DNA of 64,000 nt from an uncultured Chloroflexia bacterium (GTDB lineage: Bacteria > Chloroflexota > Limnocylindria > Limnocylindrales > CSP1-4): positions 489,502 through 553,501 of the forward strand of contig CAVRGP010000015.1 in assembly GCA_963720755.1 (NCBI GenBank), given 5' to 3'. Positions 19,204 through 27,708 of the stretch are shown piece after piece (the stretch's first letter is position 1; each line of letters opens with the position of its first letter). The position numbers and the translations under genes were made by a program. Below the pieces are notes generated by a model that ran no database searches, had not been told where the DNA came from, and saw only the letters and a list, made by a program, of their open reading frames with translations.

Positions 19204-21054
19204 ATGAGCCACGAACAAGTCGCACACGACATCGTCGACGAGGTCGGCCTGGATGTACCGGAGCGCGGGTCGGCGGACGAACTGATGGACCATGGGGCCA
19301 GCGGCGAGCTCGGCCCGATGCGCCACTCTGCCGCGCACGTCCTTGCCGAGGCCGTGCTCGACCTCTTCCCGGGAACGAAGCTGGGGATCGGGCCGGTCAT
19401 CGATGACGGGTTCTACTACGACTTCCTTCTGCCCCGGCCGCTGACACCGGAGGACCTGCCGCGTCTCGAGGAGCGGATGCGAGCGAGCATCGCCGCCGAT
19501 CATCCGTTCGAGCTCAGCGAGCGGACACCGGCGGATGCCCGAGCCTTCCTGGTCGAACAGGACCAGCCGTTCAAGGTGGAGATCGTCGACGACCTGCTGG
19601 GGGCGGCGGCCAGCGGCGGATCGCCGATGCCACCGACCACGTTCTACCAGCAAGGTCCATTCATCGACCTCTGCCGCGGACCGCATGTGGCCTCGACCGG
19701 GGCGATCGGCCCGTTCAAGCTGCTGACGGTCGCCGGCGCGTACTGGCGGGGCGACGAGAAGCGCCCGATGCTGCAGCGCGTCTACGGCACGGCCTGGGCG
19801 ACCCAGGACGAGCTCGATGCATTCCTGTGGCGGCGCGAGGAGGCCAGGAAGCGGGATCATCGCCGGCTCGGCGTCCAGCTCGACCTGTTCAGCTTCCACG
19901 ACGTCAGCCCGGGCTCGGCCTTCTGGCACCCGAAGGGCCAACGCCTGTGGCGAACGCTCGAGGCGGCGATGCGAGCGCTCCAGGAACGTCGAGGATACGA
20001 GGAGATCAGCACGCCGATCGTGGTGAGCGAGCGGTTATGGCAACAGTCTGGCCACTGGGACCTCTACCGGGACAACATGTTCCTGATCGAGTCCGAGGGG
20101 CAGACGTTCAGTCTCAAGCCGATGAACTGTCCGGAGAGTACCTACGTCTACCGCTCGCATCTGCGGTCGTATCGGGACCTGCCGCTTCGGTTCAGTGAGT
20201 TCGGCCGGCTGCATCGGAACGAGCGCTCGGGGACGCTGAGCGGCCTGACCCGCGTCCGCCAGTTCATCCAGGACGACGCCCATCTGTATGTCCGGCCCGA
20301 CCAGTTGACCGATGAGATCGAGGCGCTCCTCGGCGAGGTTCGCGAGTCGTATGCCTGGTTCGGCTTGGTGCCGCGCTTCGCGTTCGCGACGAAACCCGAC
20401 AAGGCGCTCGGCGACCCGGCCCTCTGGGAGCGCGCGGAACAGTTGATCCGCGAAGCCTTCGCGGCGGCCGATATCAGCTACGACCTCAAGCCGAAGGACG
20501 GAACGTTCTACGCGCCCAAGATCGACATCTATATCGATGACGCGCTCGGTCGCGAGTGGCAGATGGCGACGATCCAGGTCGACCTGGTGATGTTGCCGGA
20601 GCAATTCGACCTGACCTATATCGATGAGACCGGCCAACCCCAGCGTCCGATCGCCATCCATCGGGCGATCTATGGATCACTCGAGCGGTTCATCGGCATC
20701 CTCATCGAGCATTTCGCCGGTGCGTTCCCGCTCTGGCTGGCGCCGGTCCAGGCCGTCGTCATCCCCATCGCCGACCGCCACGCGGATGCCGGTCGCGAGC
20801 TGGCCGACGTCCTTCGGGCCCGCGGGCTTCGGGTCGAGGTGGACGTTTCGGACAATCGGATGCAGAACAAGATCCGGCTCGCCCAGGAACAGAAGGTCCC
20901 GTACATGCTGGTCCTCGGCGATCGGGAGATCGAGGCCAGGACCGTGGCACCTCGACCGCGAAACGCTGCGCGTGGTGATCAACAGGAGGCGATCCCGTGG
21001 TCGGAATTGGCCGACCGACTCGCGGCGGAGTCAAGCGCCCGAACGGTGGACTGA
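19204..21054 (+). CDS. thrS: Threonine--tRNA ligase
   Basis: RHSAAHVLA, DLCRGPH, RDHRRLG, KPMNCP and IHRAIYGSLERF motifs. SD GGAGG. Confidence 0.98.
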   Translation: MSHEQVAHDIVDEVGLDVPERGSADELMDHGASGELGPMRHSAAHVLAEAVLDLFPGTKLGIGPVIDDGFYYDFLLPRPLTPEDLPRLEERMRASIAADHPFELSERTPADARAFLVEQDQPFKVEIVDDLLGAAASGGSPMPPTTFYQQGPFIDLCRGPHVASTGAIGPFKLLTVAGAYWRGDEKRPMLQRVYGTAWATQDELDAFLWRREEARKRDHRRLGVQLDLFSFHDVSPGSAFWHPKGQRLWRTLEAAMRALQERRGYEEISTPIVVSERLWQQSGHWDLYRDNMFLIESEGQTFSLKPMNCPESTYVYRSHLRSYRDLPLRFSEFGRLHRNERSGTLSGLTRVRQFIQDDAHLYVRPDQLTDEIEALLGEVRESYAWFGLVPRFAFATKPDKALGDPALWERAEQLIREAFAAADISYDLKPKDGTFYAPKIDIYIDDALGREWQMATIQVDLVMLPEQFDLTYIDETGQPQRPIAIHRAIYGSLERFIGILIEHFAGAFPLWLAPVQAVVIPIADRHADAGRELADVLRARGLRVEVDVSDNRMQNKIRLAQEQKVPYMLVLGDREIEARTVAPRPRNAARGDQQEAIPWSELADRLAAESSARTVD

Positions 21055-21209
21055 CGGAGGGTCTCGCCGGAGGCACGCTGAGCGCGACCGTCGGGTGGCC
21101 GACGCGGCCGTCGTGGAACGGCCTGTGCTATCCTCCCGCTTCGGCCGTGTCCGCGGTTCGCCGTGTGCCCGCGCCTCGAACGCACCACGCAGAATGAAGG
21201 GGATGGACC

Positions 21210-22085
21210 ATCAGTCGAGACCTGCGCATCAACCAGATGATTCGGATCCCACAGGTACGGGTCGTCGATGAAGAAGGTGCCCAGCTTGGGGTCATGCCCA
21301 CGCCACGGGCGCTCGAGATGGCGCAGGAACGCGGCCTGGATCTCGTCGAGGTCGCCCCGATGGCAGCGCCGCCGGTCGTCAAATTCCTTGATTTCGGTCA
21401 GTACAAATACGACCTGACGAAGCGCGAGAAGGAAGCCAAGCGAAAGCAGCGCTCGGTGACCTTCAAGGAGATCCGCCTCTCGCCAAAGATCGGAGTGGGG
21501 GACTTTGACACCAAGGTCCACCGGGCGATCGAATTCCTCGAGGACGGGGATCGGATCAAGGTGACCGTCCGCTTCCGCGGCCGGGAGCTGACCCACCCTG
21601 AACTCGGACGGAATATGCTCGCGAGGTTCGTGGACCGGGTCAAAGACCACGGGGTCGCCGAACGGACGCCCTTGCTCGAAGGCAAGTCGATGCACATCAC
21701 GATGGCATCGACCCACAAGCCCAAGACGCACGATGCGCCACCGACGCGACCCGACGAGCCGACGAAGGAGGAGCCGCTGGCTCCAGAGCCCGCCGTCGCC
21801 GAAGCGCCCGCGGCCGAAGCGACTGCCGCCCCGGCACCAGAGGCCGCGGCTCCGGCTCCTGAGGCGGTCGAGGTGGCGCCGGCCGCAGCTCCAGACCCCG
21901 CAGGGGCGGCAGCTGAACCCGCGGAGCCCGCGGCGAAGCCGGCCAGGCCGGCGGCGGCCAAGCCGGCAGCTCCAAAGGCTGCGACGACCAGGACCAAGCC
22001 GGACGTGGCCGGCGCGACGAAGACAGAACCGACCAAGAAAGCCATCAAGAAGCCGGCCGCCCAGCCGGTCGCATCAGGAGAGTGA
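21210..22085 (+). CDS. infC: Translation initiation factor IF-3, ATC start, long Ala/Pro/Lys C-terminal tail
   Basis: LRINQMIRIPQVRV and KVTVRFRGRE. In-frame TGA at 21195, then SD AAGGGG and ATC at 21210. Confidence 0.95.
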   Translation: MSRDLRINQMIRIPQVRVVDEEGAQLGVMPTPRALEMAQERGLDLVEVAPMAAPPVVKFLDFGQYKYDLTKREKEAKRKQRSVTFKEIRLSPKIGVGDFDTKVHRAIEFLEDGDRIKVTVRFRGRELTHPELGRNMLARFVDRVKDHGVAERTPLLEGKSMHITMASTHKPKTHDAPPTRPDEPTKEEPLAPEPAVAEAPAAEATAAPAPEAAAPAPEAVEVAPAAAPDPAGAAAEPAEPAAKPARPAAAKPAAPKAATTRTKPDVAGATKTEPTKKAIKKPAAQPVASGE

Positions 22086-22092
22086 GGCAACG

Positions 22093-22290
22093 GTGCCGAA
22101 GATGAAGAGCCACAAGACCGCCCAGAAGCGCATCGGCGTGACCGGTAGCGGCAAGTTCATCCGGGTCAAGGCCTGGCGAGGGCACCACCTCGAGATCAAG
22201 TCGTCCCGACGAACGCGCCGCTATGCCGGCAAGGCGATCCTCGGGACCGAGCATGCCAAGCAGGTCCGTCGCCTGCTTCCGTACCTCTAG
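22093..22290 (+). CDS. rpmI: 50S ribosomal protein L35
   Basis: [21 protein letters not shown]...RLLPYL, between infC and rplT. Confidence 0.96.
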   Translation: MPKMKSHKTAQKRIGVTGSGKFIRVKAWRGHHLEIKSSRRTRRYAGKAILGTEHAKQVRRLLPYL

Positions 22291-22304
22291 GAGCGATCCA
22301 CTTC

Positions 22305-22655
22305 ATGGCACGAGTCAAGCGGGGCGTCACGTCCCATAAGCGTCACAAGCGTCTGATGCAGGACGCCGAGGGGCGCAAGGGCACCAAGTCGCGGCTGGTC
22401 AAACCCGCCCGGGAAGCCCTCCTCCACGCCCTGGCCTATGCGACCAGAGACCGCAAGCAGCGCAAGCGCCAGATGCGTGAGTTGTGGATCGTCCGGATCA
22501 ACGCCGCGGCTCGCCAGAATGGCCTCACCTATGGCCAATTCATCGCCGGCCTCAAGAAGGCCGACGTGATCATCGATCGAAAGATCCTGGCCGACCTGGC
22601 CGTCCGTGACGCCGGGACGTTCGGCCGTATCGCGGAGCTCGCCAAGAGCGCCTGA
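22305..22655 (+). CDS. rplT: 50S ribosomal protein L20
   Basis: [18 protein letters not shown] and [10 protein letters not shown] motifs. Confidence 0.98.
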   Translation: MARVKRGVTSHKRHKRLMQDAEGRKGTKSRLVKPAREALLHALAYATRDRKQRKRQMRELWIVRINAAARQNGLTYGQFIAGLKKADVIIDRKILADLAVRDAGTFGRIAELAKSA

Positions 22656-22702
22656 ATCGCGGCCGCAGCCAGCCACCACAGACGGACGCGGCCAGACTCG
22701 AC

Positions 22703-22739
22703 GCCCTCGACGTCCATGACGATCGGGGGCTCGTGATTC
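22703..22739 (+). terminator. Hairpin between rplT and pheS
   Basis: GCCCTCGACGTC-CAT-GACGATCGGGGGC followed by TCGTGATTC. Confidence 0.4.
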
Positions 22740-22763
22740 AGGCCTCACCAGAGAAGGACCCAC

Positions 22764-23804
22764 GTGGATCTCGCAGACCTGACGCACGAGCTCGAAGCGC
22801 TCCGAGATGATGTCCTTGCGTCGGTCGCGGCCGCTCCGGATACGGCGGCACTCGACAGCCTGGAGCTGGACGTCCTGGGCAAGAAGGGTCGCCTGACCAC
22901 GGTCCTGCGAGGGATCGGAGGGCTCCCTCCGGACGACCGACCACGGGTCGGGGCCGTCGCGAACGTGGTTCGGTCCGCGCTGGAGCTGGCGATCGCCGAA
23001 CGTGGCGTCGAACTTCGTGGATCCGCGCTCGCCGCGCGACTGGCCGCGGAGACGATCGATGTGACGACGCCCGGCCGGCCGATCCGTCGCGGGACGTTGC
23101 ACCCGAGCCTCGAGTCGATGGCGGAGATCGCCGAGATCTTCGGGCGGTTCGGGTTCCAGGTATTCGAGAGTCCCGAGGTCGAAGACGACCTGACGAACTT
23201 CCAAATGCTGAACATCCCGGAGGATCATCCGGCGCGCGATCTCTGGGACACCCTCTACGTGGACGTCGAGAACCACCTGCTGCGAACCCATACCTCGCCG
23301 GGCCAGATCCACGTCATGCGTTCGATCCAGCCTCCCATCCGGGCGTTGCTGCCCGGTCGCTGTTTCCGCTATGAGGCGGTCGACGCGTCCCATGCGTCTG
23401 AGTTCTTCCAGGTCGAGGGCCTCATGGTCGACGAGGGAACGACGATGGCCGACCTCAAGGGTTTGCTCCAGGCGTTCGCCGGGGCCATGTACGGGGTCGA
23501 CAAGAAGACGCGCTTTCGCCCGGGTTACTACCCGTTCACGGAACCATCCGTCGCCTTCGACGTCGAGTGCCTGGTGTGTGGCGGCGGGGGTTGTCCAGCC
23601 TGTGGCCGGAGCGGCTGGATGACGATCCTGGGGGCCGGCATGGTCCATCCCGTCGTCCTCCAATACGGCGGCCTCGATCCCGAGCGCTATCAGGGCTTCG
23701 CATTCGGCATGGGCCCGGAGCGGATGAAGATGCTCAGGCACGGGATCACGGATCTGCGGCTCTTCCTCGAGGATGACCTCCGTTTCCTGGAGCAATTTCG
23801 GTGA
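22764..23804 (+). CDS. pheS: Phenylalanine--tRNA ligase alpha subunit
   Basis: HPARD, RTHTS, FFQVEG, YPFTEPS and GFAFGMG motifs, plus a CxxC...CxxC insert. Confidence 0.98.
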   Translation: MDLADLTHELEALRDDVLASVAAAPDTAALDSLELDVLGKKGRLTTVLRGIGGLPPDDRPRVGAVANVVRSALELAIAERGVELRGSALAARLAAETIDVTTPGRPIRRGTLHPSLESMAEIAEIFGRFGFQVFESPEVEDDLTNFQMLNIPEDHPARDLWDTLYVDVENHLLRTHTSPGQIHVMRSIQPPIRALLPGRCFRYEAVDASHASEFFQVEGLMVDEGTTMADLKGLLQAFAGAMYGVDKKTRFRPGYYPFTEPSVAFDVECLVCGGGGCPACGRSGWMTILGAGMVHPVVLQYGGLDPERYQGFAFGMGPERMKMLRHGITDLRLFLEDDLRFLEQFR

Positions 23805-26290
23805 GAGTCCCACTCAGCTGGTTGCGCGACTACGTCGACGTCGATCTGGAGCCGGGTGTCCTTGCCGAACGCCTGACGCTGCTCGGCATGGAGGTCAGCG
23901 CGGTCGTCGAATGGGGTTCGGACTGGCGCAATGTCGTCGTCGGTGAGCTTGTCTCGGTCGAGCGCCACCCCCGCGCCGATCGGTTGTCGTTGACCCGGGT
24001 GCGCGTTGGTCCCGGCGACCCGCTCGAGATCGTCTGCGGCGCGACCAACATCGGGCCCGGCCAGCGCGTCCCGGTCGCCCTTCCCGGAGCGGTCCTGCCA
24101 GGCGATCGGCGGATCGAGCGGACCGAGAAGATGGGCGTCACGAGCAACGGGATGCTGTGCTCGGGTGAAGAGCTGGGCCTCACCACGGACGCCGATGGGA
24201 TCCTCATCCTGCCGACCGAAACCGGGATCGGCCTTGCGCTGACCGACCTGTATGGCGACGTCGTGCTGGATGTCGACGTCAAGCCCAACCGGGGCGATGC
24301 CCTGTCGATCGTCGGCCTGGCACGAGAAGTCGCCGCCATCACCGGCGGGCGATTGCGCTGGCCGTCGACCGATGTGACCGAAGCCGGAAGGCCGATCGAC
24401 GAACACCTGAGAGTCGAAGTGCGGGATCCGGACCTGTGCCCACGGTTCGTCGGCCGATGGATGGGTGGCGTGCGCGTCGGACCGTCGCCGGATCGGGTCC
24501 AGATGCGCCTGATGGCCGCCGGGCTTCGACCGGTCAGCAACGTCGTGGACGCGTCCAACTACGTCATGCTCGAACTCGGCAAGCCGATCCATACCTTCGA
24601 CGCAGCGGCCGTCCACGATGGGCGGATCATCGTCAGACGCGCCACGGCCGGCGAGCGCATCGAGACGCTCGATCACGTCGCGCGAACGCTGGACCCTGAC
24701 ACGCTGGTCATCGCCGATCCGGACGGGCCGATCGGGATCGCCGGAGTGATGGGCGGTGCGGGCTCGGAGATCGGTGAGGCAACCGCGGAGATCGTGGTCG
24801 AGTCCGCCATCTTCGACCCGACCAGCGTCCGGCGGACGGCGTTTCGGTACGCCCTTCGTTCCGATGCCAGCCTTCGCTTCGAGAAGGGACAGGAGTGGCG
24901 TCTCGCCCGCATCGGCGCGGACCGAACGACCGCTCTCATCCACGCGTGGGCCGGTGGCGTCGTGGCCGCCGGGGTCGTCGACACCGCCCCGACCTCCCTC
25001 CCTGTGGCCAGCGTGGCATTCCGCCCCGCCCGGGTGAACCGCCTGCTCGGAACGGCGCTGGGAAGTGCGGACCAGCGGGCGTTGCTGGATCGGGTCGGCA
25101 TCGCGACCGACGAAGCTCCCGCCGGGACCCGCATCCGGGTCGCAGCCGGGACCAGGCCACTCGATGTCGATCCCGGAGTGGAGGAGGTCGTCCGCGCGAT
25201 CGTGCCGACCTGGCGGCGAGACCTTGCCGTGGAGGCGGACGTCGCCGAGGAGATCATCAGGATCCACGGCTACGACCTGGTTCCCGCCACCTTGCCGCAC
25301 ACGCCGATGCCGCCATACCGCGACGACCCGCTGGTCGTGCGCACCGCGATCCGTCGGATGCTGATCGGTGCCGGGCTGACCGAAGCCGTCACCTCGGCAC
25401 TCATCGCACCGCAGGCCGCCGAGCGATTCCCGGCGCCAGACGACGGTGAGCTCGACGGAGAGCCCGAACAGCGCTTTGCCGGCCGCCCGATCGTCGTCAC
25501 GAATCCACTCTCCAGCCAGCACTCGGTCTTGCGACGGAGCCTGATCGGCAGCCTCCTCGAGGTCGTGTCCACGAATCTGCGTCACGGTCGGGACGCGATC
25601 GCGATGTTCGAAGTGGGCAAGGGCTATGGCGCACCCAGCGACGTGACCACCCACGAGTGGTGGCGACTCGGGTTCGTGCTGACGGGTCCCTCCCAGCCCC
25701 TGGCCTGGGACCGACCCAGCCGTCCGTACGACCTCGATGATGCCAAGGGCATCATCGACCTGGTCTGCCGCGGCCTCGGGTACGCGACGCCGGCATTCCA
25801 GCCGATCACCGACGACCCGAACCTTCATCCGGGCCGCGCCGCTCATGTGTCGTCGGGTGGAGATCTCGTCGGCAGGCTCGGCCAGGTGCACCCGGCCGTC
25901 GCTGCCGAACTGGACCTGCGATCCGAGCACGTCTATGTCGCTGAATTGGCGATCCGCGGTCTTGCCGGCGGCCGACCTGCCGACTATCGGGTATCGGCGC
26001 CGTCGCACCAGCCCACCGTCCAGCGCGATCTGGCGGTGGTCGTGGCGGCCGACCGCGCGGCCGGGGATGTCGAGGCCGCCATCCGACGTCACGGAGGCCC
26101 GTTGCTTCGCGGAGTCGCACTGTTCGACATCTATCGCGGACAGCCACTGGCTGCGTCCGACAAGAGCCTCGCGTTTCGACTCAGCCTGCGGGACGACGAT
26201 CGCACCCTCAGTGAAGGGGAGGTCGACGCGGCCGTGGCCGCTGTCGTCGACGGTCTCGCGGCCGATCTCGGGGCGTCTATCCGCACCTGA
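23801..26290 (+). CDS. pheT: Phenylalanine--tRNA ligase beta subunit
   Basis: MRVPLSWLRDYV, NRGDALS, SDASLRFEKG, DVAEEIIRIHGY and an FDX-ACB C-terminus. Confidence 0.98.
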   Translation: MRVPLSWLRDYVDVDLEPGVLAERLTLLGMEVSAVVEWGSDWRNVVVGELVSVERHPRADRLSLTRVRVGPGDPLEIVCGATNIGPGQRVPVALPGAVLPGDRRIERTEKMGVTSNGMLCSGEELGLTTDADGILILPTETGIGLALTDLYGDVVLDVDVKPNRGDALSIVGLAREVAAITGGRLRWPSTDVTEAGRPIDEHLRVEVRDPDLCPRFVGRWMGGVRVGPSPDRVQMRLMAAGLRPVSNVVDASNYVMLELGKPIHTFDAAAVHDGRIIVRRATAGERIETLDHVARTLDPDTLVIADPDGPIGIAGVMGGAGSEIGEATAEIVVESAIFDPTSVRRTAFRYALRSDASLRFEKGQEWRLARIGADRTTALIHAWAGGVVAAGVVDTAPTSLPVASVAFRPARVNRLLGTALGSADQRALLDRVGIATDEAPAGTRIRVAAGTRPLDVDPGVEEVVRAIVPTWRRDLAVEADVAEEIIRIHGYDLVPATLPHTPMPPYRDDPLVVRTAIRRMLIGAGLTEAVTSALIAPQAAERFPAPDDGELDGEPEQRFAGRPIVVTNPLSSQHSVLRRSLIGSLLEVVSTNLRHGRDAIAMFEVGKGYGAPSDVTTHEWWRLGFVLTGPSQPLAWDRPSRPYDLDDAKGIIDLVCRGLGYATPAFQPITDDPNLHPGRAAHVSSGGDLVGRLGQVHPAVAAELDLRSEHVYVAELAIRGLAGGRPADYRVSAPSHQPTVQRDLAVVVAADRAAGDVEAAIRRHGGPLLRGVALFDIYRGQPLAASDKSLAFRLSLRDDDRTLSEGEVDAAVAAVVDGLAADLGASIRT

Positions 26291-26432
26291 CGACCTCGGA
26301 CCGGGTCACACTCAATCAGACTCCTCTTATCCATGACGCGTGGTGCGCATACCCTTGCGGCGTCCGAACGAGCGCTGCTACCCTTGCGCCGCCCGCGGCG
26401 CTGCCGGGGGAAGAGACGAGGAGGCGGACCGG

Positions 26433-27020
26433 GTGGATTTCCAGGGGTTCCTGAGTGGATTCTCGTCGTTCGACCTCTTGGTCGTCCTCTACTTCATCGG
26501 TTTCTTCGTGCTGGGGTTCGCCCAGGGGACGATCCGTCGTCTGATCGGGATCGCTTCGATCCTCTTCTCCTGGTTCCTGGCCGCCTTGCTTGCCGAGCCC
26601 GTTTCGAAATTCCTCGGAGACAACTGGACCCAGTTCCCGAGGGAATACAGCTACATGATCGGGTTCGCCACGATCTTCGTGGCCTCGGCCATCGCGTTCG
26701 CCCTGGTGGCCCAGGGGTTCTACAAGCCTCAGCCGCTGTTCAAGCGGGCGCGGTTCGCCGACGAGATCATCGGCGGCATCCTCGGCCTGGTGCAGGCCGG
26801 GATCATCTACGGCGCGGTCCTGATCATCCTGGACTCGTTCTTCCGGATCCCGGGGATCCAGCCCGATCCCCAGGAGCTACCGTTCCTGCGCGACCTGTGG
26901 ACGGCGATGGACGGGTCGCAGTTCACCGATGTCTTCCGGAATACGCTGATCCCGGCTTTCTTCGTCCTGACCGGCCTGTTCGTGCCGGATAACATCGAAG
27001 CGTCCTACCCGTTCCACTGA
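26433..27020 (+). CDS. CvpA (colicin V production) family membrane protein
   Basis: GFAQGTIRRL and DEIIGGILGLVQA, TM helices. SD GAGGAGG before GTG. Confidence 0.85.
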   Translation: MDFQGFLSGFSSFDLLVVLYFIGFFVLGFAQGTIRRLIGIASILFSWFLAALLAEPVSKFLGDNWTQFPREYSYMIGFATIFVASAIAFALVAQGFYKPQPLFKRARFADEIIGGILGLVQAGIIYGAVLIILDSFFRIPGIQPDPQELPFLRDLWTAMDGSQFTDVFRNTLIPAFFVLTGLFVPDNIEASYPFH

Positions 27021-27697
27021 GCGTCCTCCGACGCTCGTTCCTGGCAGGCCCCACGCTCGTCGCGGCCAGGGGACTCATTGGGGCGCGGCTCGTTCGCGAC
27101 GATGAGACCGGCCGGCGCGTCGGTCGGATCGTGGAGGTCGAGGCGTACAGGGGACCCGAGGACCGGGCCTCCCATGCTCGCGCGGGCGAGACGCCGCGCA
27201 ATCGGGTCATGTTCGGGCCACCCGGCATCGCCTACGTGTACCTTGTCTATGGGATGCATGACTGCCTGAACGTCGTGACCGAGCACGCGGGCACGCCGGC
27301 CGCACTGCTCATCCGTGCGATCGCCCCGCTCGAGGGTGCCGACCGGATGCGGATCGATCGGATCCTTCGCGCGACGTCACGACGGCGAGACGTCACGACC
27401 GAGGCGGTCGCCGCGAGTGCCGACCGCCTGTCTCGCCTACCGGTCGACCGACTGGCCAGTGGTCCGGGCCTGGTCACCGCGGCCTTCGGCATCGACACCG
27501 GCTGGTCGGGCATGGATCTGTGCGACACCGATTCGCCACTGCGACTGGAGGAGCGGACCGAGACCGACCCGTCGCCGGTTGTCGCCGCAACGGCCCGGAT
27601 CGGCATCGACCACGCCGGACCGACCTGGGCCGCGAAGCCCTGGCGCTTTGTGGAGGTCGGGCACCCGTCGGTCTCAGGACCGCCCGTGCGCGGCTGA
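27017..27697 (+). CDS. mpg: DNA-3-methyladenine glycosylase (AAG/MPG), probable CTG start
   Basis: GRIVEVEAY, ASHA, YVYLVYGMH, LLIRA, SGPG and RIGI motifs. The conserved N-terminus extends to CTG 27017. Confidence 0.9.
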   Translation: MSVLRRSFLAGPTLVAARGLIGARLVRDDETGRRVGRIVEVEAYRGPEDRASHARAGETPRNRVMFGPPGIAYVYLVYGMHDCLNVVTEHAGTPAALLIRAIAPLEGADRMRIDRILRATSRRRDVTTEAVAASADRLSRLPVDRLASGPGLVTAAFGIDTGWSGMDLCDTDSPLRLEERTETDPSPVVAATARIGIDHAGPTWAAKPWRFVEVGHPSVSGPPVRG

Positions 27698-27708
27698 GCA
27701 CAGCGCCC

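Noticed and set aside
21780-22080. CRISPR or DNA tandem repeat in the repetitive GC-rich stretch
   Set aside because: The repeats are codon-level Ala/Pro/Lys motifs inside infC. No repeat-spacer array was seen anywhere in the window.
22656-22763. T-box upstream of pheS
   Set aside because: The gap is too short and has no GGTGGNACC motif or stem I. Only a terminator-like hairpin is present.
26350-26388. Direct repeat TACCCTTGCG, two copies, upstream of cvpA
   Set aside because: Only two copies. The second is explained as an extended -10 (TGcTACCCT), so evidence for an operator is insufficient.
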